From: Strigamia acuminata
Taxonomy: Eukaryota
Assembly: GCA_949358305.1 (NCBI GenBank)
Contig: OX442314.1
Location: 3,286,001-3,350,000 of the forward strand
Length of the DNA stretch: 64,000 nt
Direction: 5' to 3'
Part shown: one piece after another, positions 54,401-64,000 of the stretch
Position numbering within the stretch: the stretch's first letter is position 1
Layout of the letters: each line of letters opens with the position of its first letter
Translations under genes and position numbers: made by a program
The notes under the pieces: model-generated
What the model saw: only the letters and a program-made list of their open reading frames with translations
Told to the model about the DNA's origin: nothing
Database searches by the model: none

Positions 54401-55523
54401 TCCATGGACTTTCTGATTCCCTAATGACTCCCATCTCAAGCAACTTTCTGGTCTCTTCTGCCTCTACTTCTTTTTCTGCGATTGAACGTCTATAAGGCTG
54501 CAAATGTATTGGATCATGGTCCCCCGTATCAATTTTGTGTTTAAATGTTGTTACTCTACCTAAGTCTTTGTCTGTGGCTGCAAATCTATCCTGATTCCTT
54601 TGAAGTAACTGCTTCATCTGCTCTTGTTGGCTTTTGTTCATCTTATCTTTAGCAATCGAGGAGTCAAAGTCAAAGCAATGTACTTGGTTTTCATCTGTCA
54701 ACTCAACCGCTTTGGTTGAGGAGTCAGTGCAATACACTTGCTTCTCATCCAACAACCCAATTTCGATAATGTAATACGCCTTACCAATTGCAGATTTCTC
54801 CTTCAGAAAGACTGATTTGTTTGTTGGATTAGCCACACGCAGAACTCCTTTACCATACTCAAAATTTGTTAATGTTTTACAACACAAAATTCCAAACCTA
54901 TCTATTACATTTCCTAGAGGTTCCATAAACATTTCTGTGGTTAGTTTTGTATTTAAATAAACTGGTATAACGCATTCATGCATTGGTGGAATTGAGATAT
55001 TCTTCATTACTCTGGCAACATAACTCTGGTCCGAAAATGATCTATTTATTGGAAAAACTGCTTCTTCTACTCCACTATCATTGTTCCGGCCCACAAAGAT
55101 TTTTTGTAAATCATAATCGACGACAGTTCTCGTTGACCTCATGAATGGATCCCCCAATAAAAGCTGATGATGAAATCCTGACACTATTAACACTTCCACT
55201 CTATAGGTCAGTTTTCCAATTGCAATGTTCATTTTTGTTTTACCCACTGGAACTACCAAATCCTTTCCTATCCCACGTAGCCTAATGTTAGGGCTGGGTG
55301 AATAATCCAATTGAAGAGCTATTGCAACTTCTTCGCTTAGCAGGTTTCGTTTGGCTCCAGTGTCCATTACCGCTTTTATTTCCATTTCTTTTACAATTAC
55401 TGGGATCTCCAACAATGATTCTGATACCTGAACGTCAATTATAATTATCTTACTCTTCTTCTTTTGTCTTTTCCTTTTCTTTGGGTGGCAACAATTTCTC
55501 TGTGGCCGTTCAACTAGTTTTTC
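51471..55523 (-). CDS. Gypsy H pol (protease, RT, RNase H, integrase), entered by -1 frameshift
   Basis: MDTGA, YIDD, STDAS, ERECLAI, HTDADALSR, GIDTLG, SDKGTEY, NGLTERFN, GPY; frame is open up to the slippery site at 55517-55523. Confidence 0.94.
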   Translation of the reverse strand, partial: EKLVERPQRNCCHPKKRKRQKKKSKIIIIDVQVSESLLEIPVIVKEMEIKAVMDTGAKRNLLSEEVAIALQLDYSPSPNIRLRGIGKDLVVPVGKTKMNIAIGKLTYRVEVLIVSGFHHQLLLGDPFMRSTRTVVDYDLQKIFVGRNNDSGVEEAVFPINRSFSDQSYVARVMKNISIPPMHECVIPVYLNTKLTTEMFMEPLGNVIDRFGILCCKTLTNFEYGKGVLRVANPTNKSVFLKEKSAIGKAYYIIEIGLLDEKQVYCTDSSTKAVELTDENQVHCFDFDSSIAKDKMNKSQQEQMKQLLQRNQDRFAATDKDLGRVTTFKHKIDTGDHDPIHLQPYRRSIAEKEVEAEETRKLLEMGVIRESESPWSAPVLLIKKRDGKWRFCVDWRRLNAITKKMVYPLPRIDDTLDQLAGAQYFSMMDLIQGYYQVEIDEQDREKTAFTTSSGHFEFNVLGMGLCNSPAAFQKLMNKVLGNLLGKVCIAYIDDLIIFSKTFDQHLQDLDAVFSKLRLANLKVKLSKCTFGTNTIKYLGHIVDSDGVSPDPRNLESVAKFPKPTNLKQLRGFLGLCSYYRKFIPGFADVSKPLANLTRKDEAFDWGPPQETAFKALRTALVTVPVLAHPNFAEPFIVSTDASAYGLGAILKQRINKQEHVICYASRLLSTAEQNYTATERECLAIIFGINKYRPYLYGRKFTIVTDHSALQWLNKVKNPNGRLARWSLQLVDYDYDVMHKSGKKHTDADALSRIQEEIGEEEKEIIPLLLLEKLNLPVEQRKDEKILEIITAMENIEQLPRNRKRPLKQFVLLDNTLFRKKSYNSLNMEGNLLVVPQHLRKQVLEEMHDGLVGAHLGLNKTWKRIRVRFFWPRIYRDVRNYVLSCPHCAGSKSMTTPQKGLLQPWSTISRPFERIGIDTLGSFPVSNSGNKYVFVITDYLSRAVIARAAPACTALEAAKTLVFEVMLKEGSPREILSDKGTEYRNEMINEVSALFKSQHRSTSGYHPRTNGLTERFNATFAKMLTCYTNKDHTDWDEFLPFVIFSYNSAVHETTGYTPYYLLKGYEVDLSVDVNLNLPRKEFTLRTSRFMREMRKIANERLEWQSEKSKRRFDLDRIVVEFEPGELVYLKTPNRKVGLSEKLLPPFSGPYEIVRRTAPNDYEVRNSSGKKTSIVNVERLKPYKPREEIPETILQDLPLKKVTFSDEVQGSSQKDDQNAEIVKKDDDPRDRPKVGAKERFIDDDDQISLRSFFESGDKTSDSPVLTERERLKAIYGPKEIEARRVKKEVELEQRNQLLKSSPDESKKNRLQKPSPGVANAVGADTHARRPAESDFRSRRLRSQPRQDYTAFY

Positions 55524-56863
55524 GAATTTTGGGCCTTCGTTTGTGCCTGAGGATTAGGGTTTCCATCTTGCTGTTCACCTCTTCTCCTCTTTTTATTCCA
55601 CTTCCAGCTGTTACTTCCACCTCTTTCCTGTTGCTGTTGTTGCTGTTGTTGTTGTTGCCTGGGTGGATTGTAAAACTCACAGCTGAAATGATGATAACAT
55701 CCGCATGAACGGTTATTAGAATCATTACTATTGTTAGTATTATAATTATTGTAATTAGGGTTAAAGCCTTGTCTACTGCCTCTACTTCTACCTCCTTGAT
55801 TATACTGTCCCCTATTCCTTATTGGCGCATACCACTGATTTTGTATCAGTATCGACTCTTCATCCAGCAAATCCACTGACTCTGCCTCTAACAATCGCCG
55901 CTTTAAATCAGCGACTTCAGCTATTAACTCAGCGTGGGTTGGTTGGGTCCCCACGGTTCCACTCAGTTTACCTGCTGTTACCGGGATCACCTTCTCATCC
56001 ACGATTTTTTTAAACGCTGCAAGTAGAACATCTGCTGGGTCTTTTACTTTATGACTTTCGAATAACTTAATTCTCTCTTCCATATCCGCCAATGTCTTCG
56101 GGAATACAGTAATCAACATCTTTTGCATTTCCGGCTTCAATCCTTGAAAAATATAATTAATCTTCAAATTCTCAGGTAATTCTGGTCGCGCATAAGCACA
56201 TTCGGCCAAGACCTTCTTCATAAATGCATCGGCTTTACCATCTGAATGCCTCATAAAATGAAGAGTGTTCAATACATTTTCCTGGCTTTTCCTGAACTTC
56301 TTTTCGATTTGTGGCTTCCATTCTGTCCAAGTCCAGGTTGGATTCGTTTTATATTGTTCCACAAACCATGCCAGTCCGTCAGTCTTAAGGGCTAACGGCA
56401 ATTGTTTCACTCGTTCATCATCTGATGCTATTGTAGCTTCATAAGCCACAAGCCATTGGTCGATGTTACCTTTTTCTGTATCATAACAAACAACTTCGCG
56501 CTTTTGTATCAAAATACCCTTGAGAAGATCAGTTAAAACTGTTGTTGGATCCGCCATCTTGGATACAGTTCCTTTTGATGTGGATTCCTTTAATTTTACT
56601 GGCGTTAACAATTCAAATACTGATTGAAAAGACTTTGATTGCGCAAATTTTAATGGGGTTGCAAAAACAAGTTTATCATCCAATGTGGAAGTATTTTGCT
56701 CAACCTCCTTTATTCCCGGTTCCGACTGTGAAGTTGTTTTCCTTTTTCTAACCGCTACTTTGGAATCATCCACTGTGCTTACTAATTCTCTTTCTAATTC
56801 TTGATTCTTTAAGTCCAGTAGATTATCCACTTGCGCCTGTGATAACTTAACTGGCTGATCCAC
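55514..56863 (-). CDS. Gypsy H gag (start uncertain: GTG 56863 or ATG 56558)
   Basis: Capsid-like region (LAWF..WTEWK..F; YIFQGLKPE), RG/Q-rich tail, ends G-AAA-AAC-TAG. Confidence 0.85.
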   Translation of the reverse strand: MDQPVKLSQAQVDNLLDLKNQELERELVSTVDDSKVAVRKRKTTSQSEPGIKEVEQNTSTLDDKLVFATPLKFAQSKSFQSVFELLTPVKLKESTSKGTVSKMADPTTVLTDLLKGILIQKREVVCYDTEKGNIDQWLVAYEATIASDDERVKQLPLALKTDGLAWFVEQYKTNPTWTWTEWKPQIEKKFRKSQENVLNTLHFMRHSDGKADAFMKKVLAECAYARPELPENLKINYIFQGLKPEMQKMLITVFPKTLADMEERIKLFESHKVKDPADVLLAAFKKIVDEKVIPVTAGKLSGTVGTQPTHAELIAEVADLKRRLLEAESVDLLDEESILIQNQWYAPIRNRGQYNQGGRSRGSRQGFNPNYNNYNTNNSNDSNNRSCGCYHHFSCEFYNPPRQQQQQQQQQQERGGSNSWKWNKKRRRGEQQDGNPNPQAQTKAQNSKN

Positions 56864-57522
56864 TGTTAAGCCTTTAATTATACCTTCACTTTATTCACAG
56901 AACGCTCTTAACAACTCACAACTTTTACTAACCCTGAAATAAACTTATGCACAATTAATTATCACAATTAGTCACTAATTCAAAATAAATTTCAATAACA
57001 AAAAAAAATTATTATTATTTCCTGAAAAATAATCAAAATTAATCATCAAAATCAACATAAACTTCTACATAAACCAAAAAGAAAACATTTCCTATAATTG
57101 AATCATTATTAATATAAGTTTTATCATTAAACAAACATTGAATATTCACCACTCTTAACCTCCAAAACAACCTCATTTTATTATAAATTCAACTTGAGTA
57201 AATATCTTTAATAAATTCAAATATGTAAATCTTATTAGTGCACTATAATTAAATATTCAACTGCAATTGACCCTAAAAGAAAGTTTTCACAATGAGTCAC
57301 CTTTCAATCTTATCACTCATGCAAATGAGTTTGCAACTTTTCAAAATTTTATATGACTTTTATTTGAATTTTACTGAATTTTAATGCAAATTTGTACGGA
57401 TTTCAAATGGATCTTCTAATTTTAGCAAATAACTGGCCAATTTCACTTTACTTTTACTACTTTTCACTACTTTTAGCCAATTAATGGGTCTCAAATAGAA
57501 AGAACCGCAATCTCCACCACTT

Positions 57523-58041
57523 TGTTACGTGGCCAGACTGACTACTGTTTGACCACGTAAATACTTTACTATTAAACTGGGGGTTTGCAATTGCACTAAG
57601 TTAAACTAGCATTTAAACTGTGTTGCTAATAAGAAGGTAATGAAGAGGACTCATTGTATTATTATTAAAATATAACAGTATGTTTATTAAATCATAAATA
57701 CAATCTGAATTGAACCAAAGATTAACTTAAAACTAAATCTTATAAAACTATCTTAAATCTAGTAAGCATGAATAACTTTGGTGGGTGAAGAACCTCAAGA
57801 TGCCGCGGCAGTACCTGCCCGACAACCTCTCGGAATGAAAGCTCGGAATGAACTGACGTTTCAGTTCTCCTCATCAGCCAAGTAAACTTGGGTGATTCTA
57901 CTATTACTTAATGGGTAAATTAGTGAGATCATTCGCTTAAGGCGAACTCTAGTGAGGGTTTACAGCATTAATTCGAATCGTTTAGTTACGGAAGCGAGGC
58001 GGCGACAACCGGTTCACAGTGTGCTCGTCAACCTCGTAACA
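57523..58041 (-). repeat. Gypsy H 5' LTR
   Basis: Direct repeat of 49687-50205. Confidence 0.97.
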
Positions 58042-58045
58042 ATAT

Positions 58046-58549
58046 GCTCTGCACAATCGATTGAAACTCCTGTGGCAAATAACGAATTAACTGGAAGGCT
58101 TTATACAGATTGTCCAACTCGTGTTTAACGTCCGCTAATTTCTTCGCGGCATTCCTAATTTTAGCGGCAAAAATCCCAATTGTTTCTGTGGTTGGATCAT
58201 ACTTAAGGCTGAAAAATTCATCCAATAGACGGATTATGCGTGCTCTGGATACCGGCTCAAAATTCGTTTTCAAGGTGATCCACGCCGTCTTGGCGTCTTC
58301 AATCCCGTTGAGCAGCTCGTGGTACTGCTCCTCGATTGAATAGTAAATCAAACTAAAAGCTCTTCCTTTTCGCAGCTGATAGTCGGATCGATCTCGCCAT
58401 GACGCTCCAGGTGCTAGTGCTTCCTCTGTTCCATCTGTGAACGCCCAACAACCGTGGTGCATCAACAGAACCTTAATCTGTTGCTTCCAGCCGTCATAAT
58501 TTGTGCGGTTCAACAACGTGACTTTTCTGTCCAATTTGTCCGAATCCAT
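58046..58549 (-). pseudogene. Copia D2 gag N-terminus
   Basis: Identical to the first about 169 aa of the D protein, then runs into the H LTR. Confidence 0.93.
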
Positions 58550-58854
58550 CCTGATTTACGATAGTAAACGACTCGAACTTGGTTTCACACACGGCCCGAA
58601 CACTTGTTTCCCCCAAAAAACACTTTCTGTACTGGTAAATCGCAACTAGGTGCAGTGTTGCGAGGTTAGTTCGCTCTTAAACTAAGTTAGTAAATCCTGT
58701 TACAACACTAAGCTAACAATATATCGAAAATTCAACAAAAATTCAGTAAAATGTTCGAAAGTGGTGTTTTCCTGACGTTGTCTAGCTGTAGTTCTAGTTG
58801 AATTACACTTCCCGTGTATTTTGCAGCTCAAAATTGTCTTTTCTCGTTGATTCT

Positions 58855-59320
58855 TGAAGAGCGTATTTGGACCTGTAGCATGCGGAAATAACTTGCAAAC
58901 CGATTATAAAGTGCGGTTAACTCGCAACACGCGACCGCCATCTTTATTCACCATGAAAGCATAAAAACAAGTGATCTGGGTTGAGGCTATATGATCTCAA
59001 CTCAGGTTACAGAGTAACAACGAGAACAAATCTATTAGTATAACCAAATAGATTTATTCTTTACAATAATACAACGTAAAGACTAAAGTAATGGATAAAT
59101 AATACCAAACATAACTAAAGGATCGTCGCTTAACAAGCAGACGACGGGACGCGCGTTATCACATCGACACAGCCAGTTGGAGTACGAAACAAGCGTAGTT
59201 TAAAAAGCAGAATCAACTGGCTGACCATTCGTAACAATATATGAAGTAACGCGCCTATTGTGCCTATTCGGAACTGCACAACAAATATGATTATCGCAAA
59301 TAATTCATCGCAAACCAACA
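58855..59320 (-). repeat. Copia G 3' LTR
   Basis: Bounded by the PPT and by the break in D/D2 identity at 58854. Confidence 0.85.
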
Positions 59321-59337
59321 AATCCCCCTTCGATGAA

Positions 59338-62300
59338 CTACTTTGCCGCTACAAAAATTTGCTCGCACAATGCATCTAGTTTTGCGCGAGATAGCCACTT
59401 GGTCATAAGGTCGGCTACATTAAGGGTTCCCGGGATATGTCTGATTCGAAAAACACCTTTTTCAAACCAGTCGCGCACGAAATGCAACTTAACGTCAATA
59501 TGTTTGTTTGCGCGATTTTCTATGCGATTCTTCGCATATTGGATCGCTGGCATTGAATCAGCGTAAACACATGGTATTTCCCGGTTGAGCCCATCCATCA
59601 TCACATCCGCACCAAATATGCGCTCCAACCAAATTATCTCCTTTACACCATCGACCACCGCCAAAAATTCGCTTTCCATAATGGAAAGTGCTGTAATGGT
59701 CTGCTTATGGCAGTTCCATGAGATTGGGACACCTCCCAGGTAGATGATGTGCCCACCAAAGCTTCGGCGTTTGTCTTGGTCCAATGCGAAGGACGCATCC
59801 GTATAAACGGTCAAATTTTCGCTTTGGCAGTTTCCCAAGTTAATAGAGAAATTTGGCGTGTTCCCCAAGTACCGCAAGATTTGGAGCAGCATGTTCACGT
59901 GTCGAGTCGAGTGAGTCTCGTTGTATTGAGACAACACTATCACCGAAAACAAAATATCGGGTCTTGTGCGACTAGCAATGAAGAGCAAACTGCCGACAAG
60001 GGACCGATACGGAAAACTCGAATTGACACGTTCCCCCGTCTGAACCTTTTGGATCATGGTGCCCGGAGTGCCAGGCACTCTAACTCGATGACAAGAGTCA
60101 ATCCCATATTGCTTACACAACTTTGCAATATAAGCGCGTTGATGAATAAAGATATTCTCCCCGTCCCTACAAAACTCTATCCCTAATAAAAGGGTGACGG
60201 GGCCCAAATTGACAATCTCAAATGATTGTTGAATCCAATCCAAAACGCACTCCTCTGCTATGTTGTCTTTTGAAAACAATACTATGTCATCGACATAGAA
60301 AATAAGTATAGCGTCAGTGCCCAAGCTATACACGCAATTGAGACCCAAGATCGGTTCAAATCCAATTTCAATCAGCTGGTCGTGGAGTCGCTGGTACCAC
60401 ATACGACCAGACTGATGAAGCCCGTAAAGAGACTTTCTCAGTTCCCAACATTTGTGTTGGTTTTCAGTCGTTCGATATCCTTTTGGGATGTGGATATATT
60501 GCACTTCGTCGAGGTCCCCATATAGGTATGCGGCCTTAATGTCAAGGTGTACGTCACGCCAGCCCCTCAGTACCACTAACACACAGAAGAACATCATGAC
60601 TAACACGAAGTTGACTACTGGGGAAAATACCTCAGTAAAGTCAATGCCTGGCTTCTGCTTAAAGCCCTGTGCAACAAGACGAGCACGATATCTTCTAATC
60701 GTACCCGTGTGATCTCTTTTCAACTTGTATATCCATTTTGATCCCAATAAGGTTTTGTCTTTAACTTGATCTTTGTCGACTTCGACATAAACCTCACGCT
60801 CTTTGAAGATATTTATTTCATCTTCCATCGCGTTTTCCCAATCAGGTTTGCTGGCGCCTTTGACCGCTTCTTCGTACGTGTCCGGCTCGACAGAGCAGCA
60901 ACCAGCAAAACCGATAGTCACATCTTTGAAGTTAAACAATTCTGATTTATATTCATATCCCTCGGCTTTGCACCAACGGACAACCTCAACACGGCTGCGG
61001 AGCTTCTCGTGCTTTGGTGTGATGTACCAAACATCAACTTTCCCAGCTGTTGCCCCGCTTTGACGTACAGTCTGTCGTCTTTGCCACAAAGTCATATCCA
61101 ACGGCAATAACTCGCTGGTCGAAGTTGTGCGTTCGCCAGTGTCTTTCCCTTTTCTAGGCGGGTTGCGACGAGGGAGAGTGGGCGACAATTGGGGTGATAA
61201 TTGGGGACTTGCATCTGGGTCCTCAACTTCCTCTTCAACTTCTCCTTCATTGTCGTCGGGATAAATATTGAAGAAATCCCTATCATCCCCCTTCGCCCCA
61301 CCGATTTCATCAAAATTTAGGCCATGTATATCTCCAATGATGTATTGCATGGCATCTACATAGTCGGGTCCCCCAGGTGGTCTGGCCTGAATGGGTCTCT
61401 CCACGAGTTTTTCAACCACTTTGACCCCTTCCTCGGGGATAGGTTCGCTATGAACACTGTCTGTGTCAGAGTCATTACAAGACTCTTCACCTGATAAATC
61501 TGAATCGTCAGTAGCAGGTGATAGGCCAGATTGGGGATTCTTTACATTCTCGTACCAGAAATTCTGTTCCAAAATTTTAACGTGTTTTGAGAGAAAAACT
61601 TGGTTTTTGTTCGGATCCCAAATCCGATAACCACGGGTGGAAGAGGCATATCCAACTAAAGCCCCCGCCCATGCTCTCTCTTGTAACTTCCCAGCCCTTG
61701 TCTGCGAAGGAACATGCACATAAGTCAAAGCACCAATGCATTTGACATGTCGTAGGGATAATTTCTTGTTGAAAAATACATTATAAGGTGTTCTTCCCCC
61801 CAATCCCGCATGTGGAAACCGATTTTTCAAATAAACGACAGAGACTGCAAGTTCTGCCCACAGGGATGGGGGAAGACTATTTTCAATCATTAAAGCCCTG
61901 ATTCCACCAAGAATGGTACGGTTCGTTCTTTCAGCGATTGAGTTCATCTCAGGGCTGTATGCGTTCGTCCGCATACACTTCAGCCCAATGCTACCGGCAT
62001 ATTCATCCCATTGTTTGGATACAAATTCCCCTCCATTGTCAGTTTTGATCGACTTGACTTTCCTAGAAGTCGTTCTTTCAATTTCGGTTAACCACTTCTT
62101 AAAATGGCCCAAAACTTCGCTCTTTTTCTTCATAATCACGATCCACATCAATCGTGAGAAGTCATCGACCATGACCAAATAGTAGTACGCCCCACCTATG
62201 CTCTTAACTGGTGAAGGGCCCCACACGTCTAAATGGACAATTTCTAAAATCCCTTTGGTCGAAATGTTCGCAATGGGGAGGAAACTGGCACGTGTGCTTT

Positions 62301-64000
62301 TCGCCCTCGAACAAGCATCACAACTCGACAATTCCGTGTTGGACAACTTCAAACCAAACACTTCAGTAGATTTGTTTAACAATGCAATTCCCTTTGCATT
62401 GAGGTGTCCCATACGAGAGTGCCAGATGTCCATCGTTTGGGGTTTATCTGGTTTAATCGAAGCATTCTTTCCATTTACAACCCCATTTCTATTTGTTAAA
62501 TTGTTTTGCACAATTGTTTTCAAAATTTTCGCATCCTTGGGCTTATCGCCCTTGCTGGCTACTAAGCTAGACTGTGTGTCGGTCAAAACACTCGATTGTT
62601 GATTCGAAATTTTCATACTCGCATTGTTCGCAACGATCGCTGACGCATTATTCGCAGTTTTCGCTTGCCCCTTATTCGCAGGTACAGGTTTCCCTGATTT
62701 ACTCAAATTCTGGGTTAATGCGGTTCTAAAATCAACGTGTGTTAGTAAAGATTTCACAATTTCTTCACCCGCTAAAGGTGGAGTCGGTGCCACTGTTGCA
62801 CTCTGTTGCGCAGACAGTGCAACTGTGTTTACAGAATTCTTTGCATTAATGCGACAATTGACTTTGTACATCCTATCACTCGTACGTATCGCAGTGATAG
62901 AAGGATCATCAATTGTCACATCATAAATAAACATTTTACCATTCTTCACAATGGTTGTCGCCCCAGCTTCATCCGTACGACCTAAAGAAATCAAATTCTT
63001 TTTGAAGTTGGGTGCGTAATAAACGTTTTTCAACGTTAGTTCACGTGTTTGTTGTCCATTAATCGAAACTAAAGTCACATTTCCAATGCCTTCGATTTTT
63101 GACTTTCCGTCTCCTTGTTGAACAGAATAACCAGTCAATGGTTTAAAGTCCGAAAACCAGGTTTTGTTGAACGAAAAGTGGTCCGTCGCACCTGTGTCGA
63201 CGTACCATTGCGAATCGTAGTTCGCATGCGACAATAAAGACACTACAACAGGGGGTTGTTCTTGGCAAATCGCTGCGGAGAAATAAGACACCGGGGAATT
63301 GCTAAAAATGTCCATTTGCGTGACGTTGGCCGTCTGCTGGCTCTTCCCACGACTCTTCCCTCGTTGACTGCCCCTGCTGAACTGTCCTGTCGGGTTTCCT
63401 CTCGTAGCACCTTGTTGCTGTTTTGGTGGGGACGAGCATTCCCGGGCGAAGTGATTAGTTCCGCCACAGTTGTAACAGACGCGTGGAAAACTGGGGGCAT
63501 TTCCCCCCCGGCCACGTTGCCATCTGCCTTTGGTGAAATAGGCACCCGTATTCTCAATTGTGCCCAATGATACACCAAATTCATCCGTTTGCTCGTAGAG
63601 GCGATTATATTCGCCTAATAAACGTTCTTTGACGGCCTTCGAGGTAAATTCCGGGTCTCCCCAGTGGTAGACCGTCTGCTTGACCGTTTCGTATTGACGT
63701 GGCAGCAGATCCAGGTACTGGAAGGCCAGGAATTCGTCGGAAATGTCTATTTTGACGTCTTTCAATTCCAGCACCTTCCTGTCGACTCTGGCTAGGAAAA
63801 CCATCATTTCCTCTTGCTCATGGAGTTTCAACATGAGAAATTCGCGACGAAGTCGGGCTTTGCGTGCCCTGGTAGTGGGCTGGTAAGCAGCTTTGAGCGC
63901 TTCCCAAACCTCTTTGGCCCCTTCGTGTGCCACAGCCACTACCTGTTGGGCTTTTCCACAAGCCAGACAAATGGTGGAGCGCGCTTTCTCCTCGCGCTTG
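59338..64000 (-). CDS. Copia G polyprotein (5'-partial)
   Basis: CYNCGGTNHFAREC, VDTGATDH, WHSRMGH..CDAC, intact D-D-E (HLDVWG, KTDNGGEF, AERTNR), FYVDD, YTDASF; frame open to the window edge. Confidence 0.95.
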   Translation of the reverse strand, partial: KREEKARSTICLACGKAQQVVAVAHEGAKEVWEALKAAYQPTTRARKARLRREFLMLKLHEQEEMMVFLARVDRKVLELKDVKIDISDEFLAFQYLDLLPRQYETVKQTVYHWGDPEFTSKAVKERLLGEYNRLYEQTDEFGVSLGTIENTGAYFTKGRWQRGRGGNAPSFPRVCYNCGGTNHFARECSSPPKQQQGATRGNPTGQFSRGSQRGKSRGKSQQTANVTQMDIFSNSPVSYFSAAICQEQPPVVVSLLSHANYDSQWYVDTGATDHFSFNKTWFSDFKPLTGYSVQQGDGKSKIEGIGNVTLVSINGQQTRELTLKNVYYAPNFKKNLISLGRTDEAGATTIVKNGKMFIYDVTIDDPSITAIRTSDRMYKVNCRINAKNSVNTVALSAQQSATVAPTPPLAGEEIVKSLLTHVDFRTALTQNLSKSGKPVPANKGQAKTANNASAIVANNASMKISNQQSSVLTDTQSSLVASKGDKPKDAKILKTIVQNNLTNRNGVVNGKNASIKPDKPQTMDIWHSRMGHLNAKGIALLNKSTEVFGLKLSNTELSSCDACSRAKSTRASFLPIANISTKGILEIVHLDVWGPSPVKSIGGAYYYLVMVDDFSRLMWIVIMKKKSEVLGHFKKWLTEIERTTSRKVKSIKTDNGGEFVSKQWDEYAGSIGLKCMRTNAYSPEMNSIAERTNRTILGGIRALMIENSLPPSLWAELAVSVVYLKNRFPHAGLGGRTPYNVFFNKKLSLRHVKCIGALTYVHVPSQTRAGKLQERAWAGALVGYASSTRGYRIWDPNKNQVFLSKHVKILEQNFWYENVKNPQSGLSPATDDSDLSGEESCNDSDTDSVHSEPIPEEGVKVVEKLVERPIQARPPGGPDYVDAMQYIIGDIHGLNFDEIGGAKGDDRDFFNIYPDDNEGEVEEEVEDPDASPQLSPQLSPTLPRRNPPRKGKDTGERTTSTSELLPLDMTLWQRRQTVRQSGATAGKVDVWYITPKHEKLRSRVEVVRWCKAEGYEYKSELFNFKDVTIGFAGCCSVEPDTYEEAVKGASKPDWENAMEDEINIFKEREVYVEVDKDQVKDKTLLGSKWIYKLKRDHTGTIRRYRARLVAQGFKQKPGIDFTEVFSPVVNFVLVMMFFCVLVVLRGWRDVHLDIKAAYLYGDLDEVQYIHIPKGYRTTENQHKCWELRKSLYGLHQSGRMWYQRLHDQLIEIGFEPILGLNCVYSLGTDAILIFYVDDIVLFSKDNIAEECVLDWIQQSFEIVNLGPVTLLLGIEFCRDGENIFIHQRAYIAKLCKQYGIDSCHRVRVPGTPGTMIQKVQTGERVNSSFPYRSLVGSLLFIASRTRPDILFSVIVLSQYNETHSTRHVNMLLQILRYLGNTPNFSINLGNCQSENLTVYTDASFALDQDKRRSFGGHIIYLGGVPISWNCHKQTITALSIMESEFLAVVDGVKEIIWLERIFGADVMMDGLNREIPCVYADSMPAIQYAKNRIENRANKHIDVKLHFVRDWFEKGVFRIRHIPGTLNVADLMTKWLSRAKLDALCEQIFVAAK
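60970..61086 (-). other. MBD-like domain in Copia G
   Basis: WQRRQTVRQSGATAGKVDVWYITPKHEKLRSRVEVVRWC. Confidence 0.87.

Larger units (their letters stand above)
49687..58041 (-). mobile_element. Full-length Gypsy LTR retrotransposon H
   Basis: 519-bp LTRs with no mismatch noticed, TSD ATAT (49683-49686 / 58042-58045), PBS TGGTGGAGAT (57510-57519, tRNA-Ala-like), PPT AAAGGAGGGGGC (50206-50217), separate gag and pol. Confidence 0.96.
46345..58854 (-). mobile_element. Copia D2: 3'-truncated duplicate of Copia D, split by Gypsy H and cut by Copia G
   Basis: 46345-49686 matches 24064-27406; 58046-58854 matches about 27407-28215; 1-bp frameshift near 46610; shares the LHMNVCG lesion. Confidence 0.94.
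58855..64000 (-). mobile_element. Copia G (MBD-bearing, same lineage as A); 5' end outside the window
   Basis: 3' LTR 58855-59320 (TGTTGG..TTCA on minus strand), PPT GAAGGGGGA 59323-59331, inserted in the D2 leader. Confidence 0.92.

Overview
Eukaryotic (animal, most likely arthropod; inferred from metazoan-type tRNA primer sites and TE types) repeat-rich DNA with no recognisable host gene. The window is a deep nest of LTR retrotransposons around two arrays of a CpG-dense 21-bp satellite (8556-10132; 43061-46028). Elements resolved by LTRs, PBS, PPT and target-site duplications (TSD): Copia A (+, split by Copia B, 3' LTR abutting satellite 1), Copia B (1686-7935), a truncated Copia C, a BEL/Pao remnant whose LTR is split by a pogo-like deletion derivative and by Gypsy F (13744-41965), which itself hosts Copia E, Copia D and a 9.7-kb non-autonomous LTR element I. 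Satellite 2 is followed by a deleted segmental duplicate of that nest, interrupted by Gypsy H (49687-58041) and Copia G (runs off the right end). Main points: (1) every Copia that retains the integrase-RT linker (A, B, D, D2, E, G; four distinct lineages) carries a methyl-CpG-binding (MBD)-like domain there, and these elements sit in or next to CpG-rich targets; (2) element I has no gag/pol but has a triplicated, hairpin-caged tRNA-Gln PBS and an orphan 507-aa ORF with its own promoter; (3) Gypsy H carries a Ulp1/SENP SUMO-protease-like fragment in its 3' region. The long ORFs over the satellites are artefacts.
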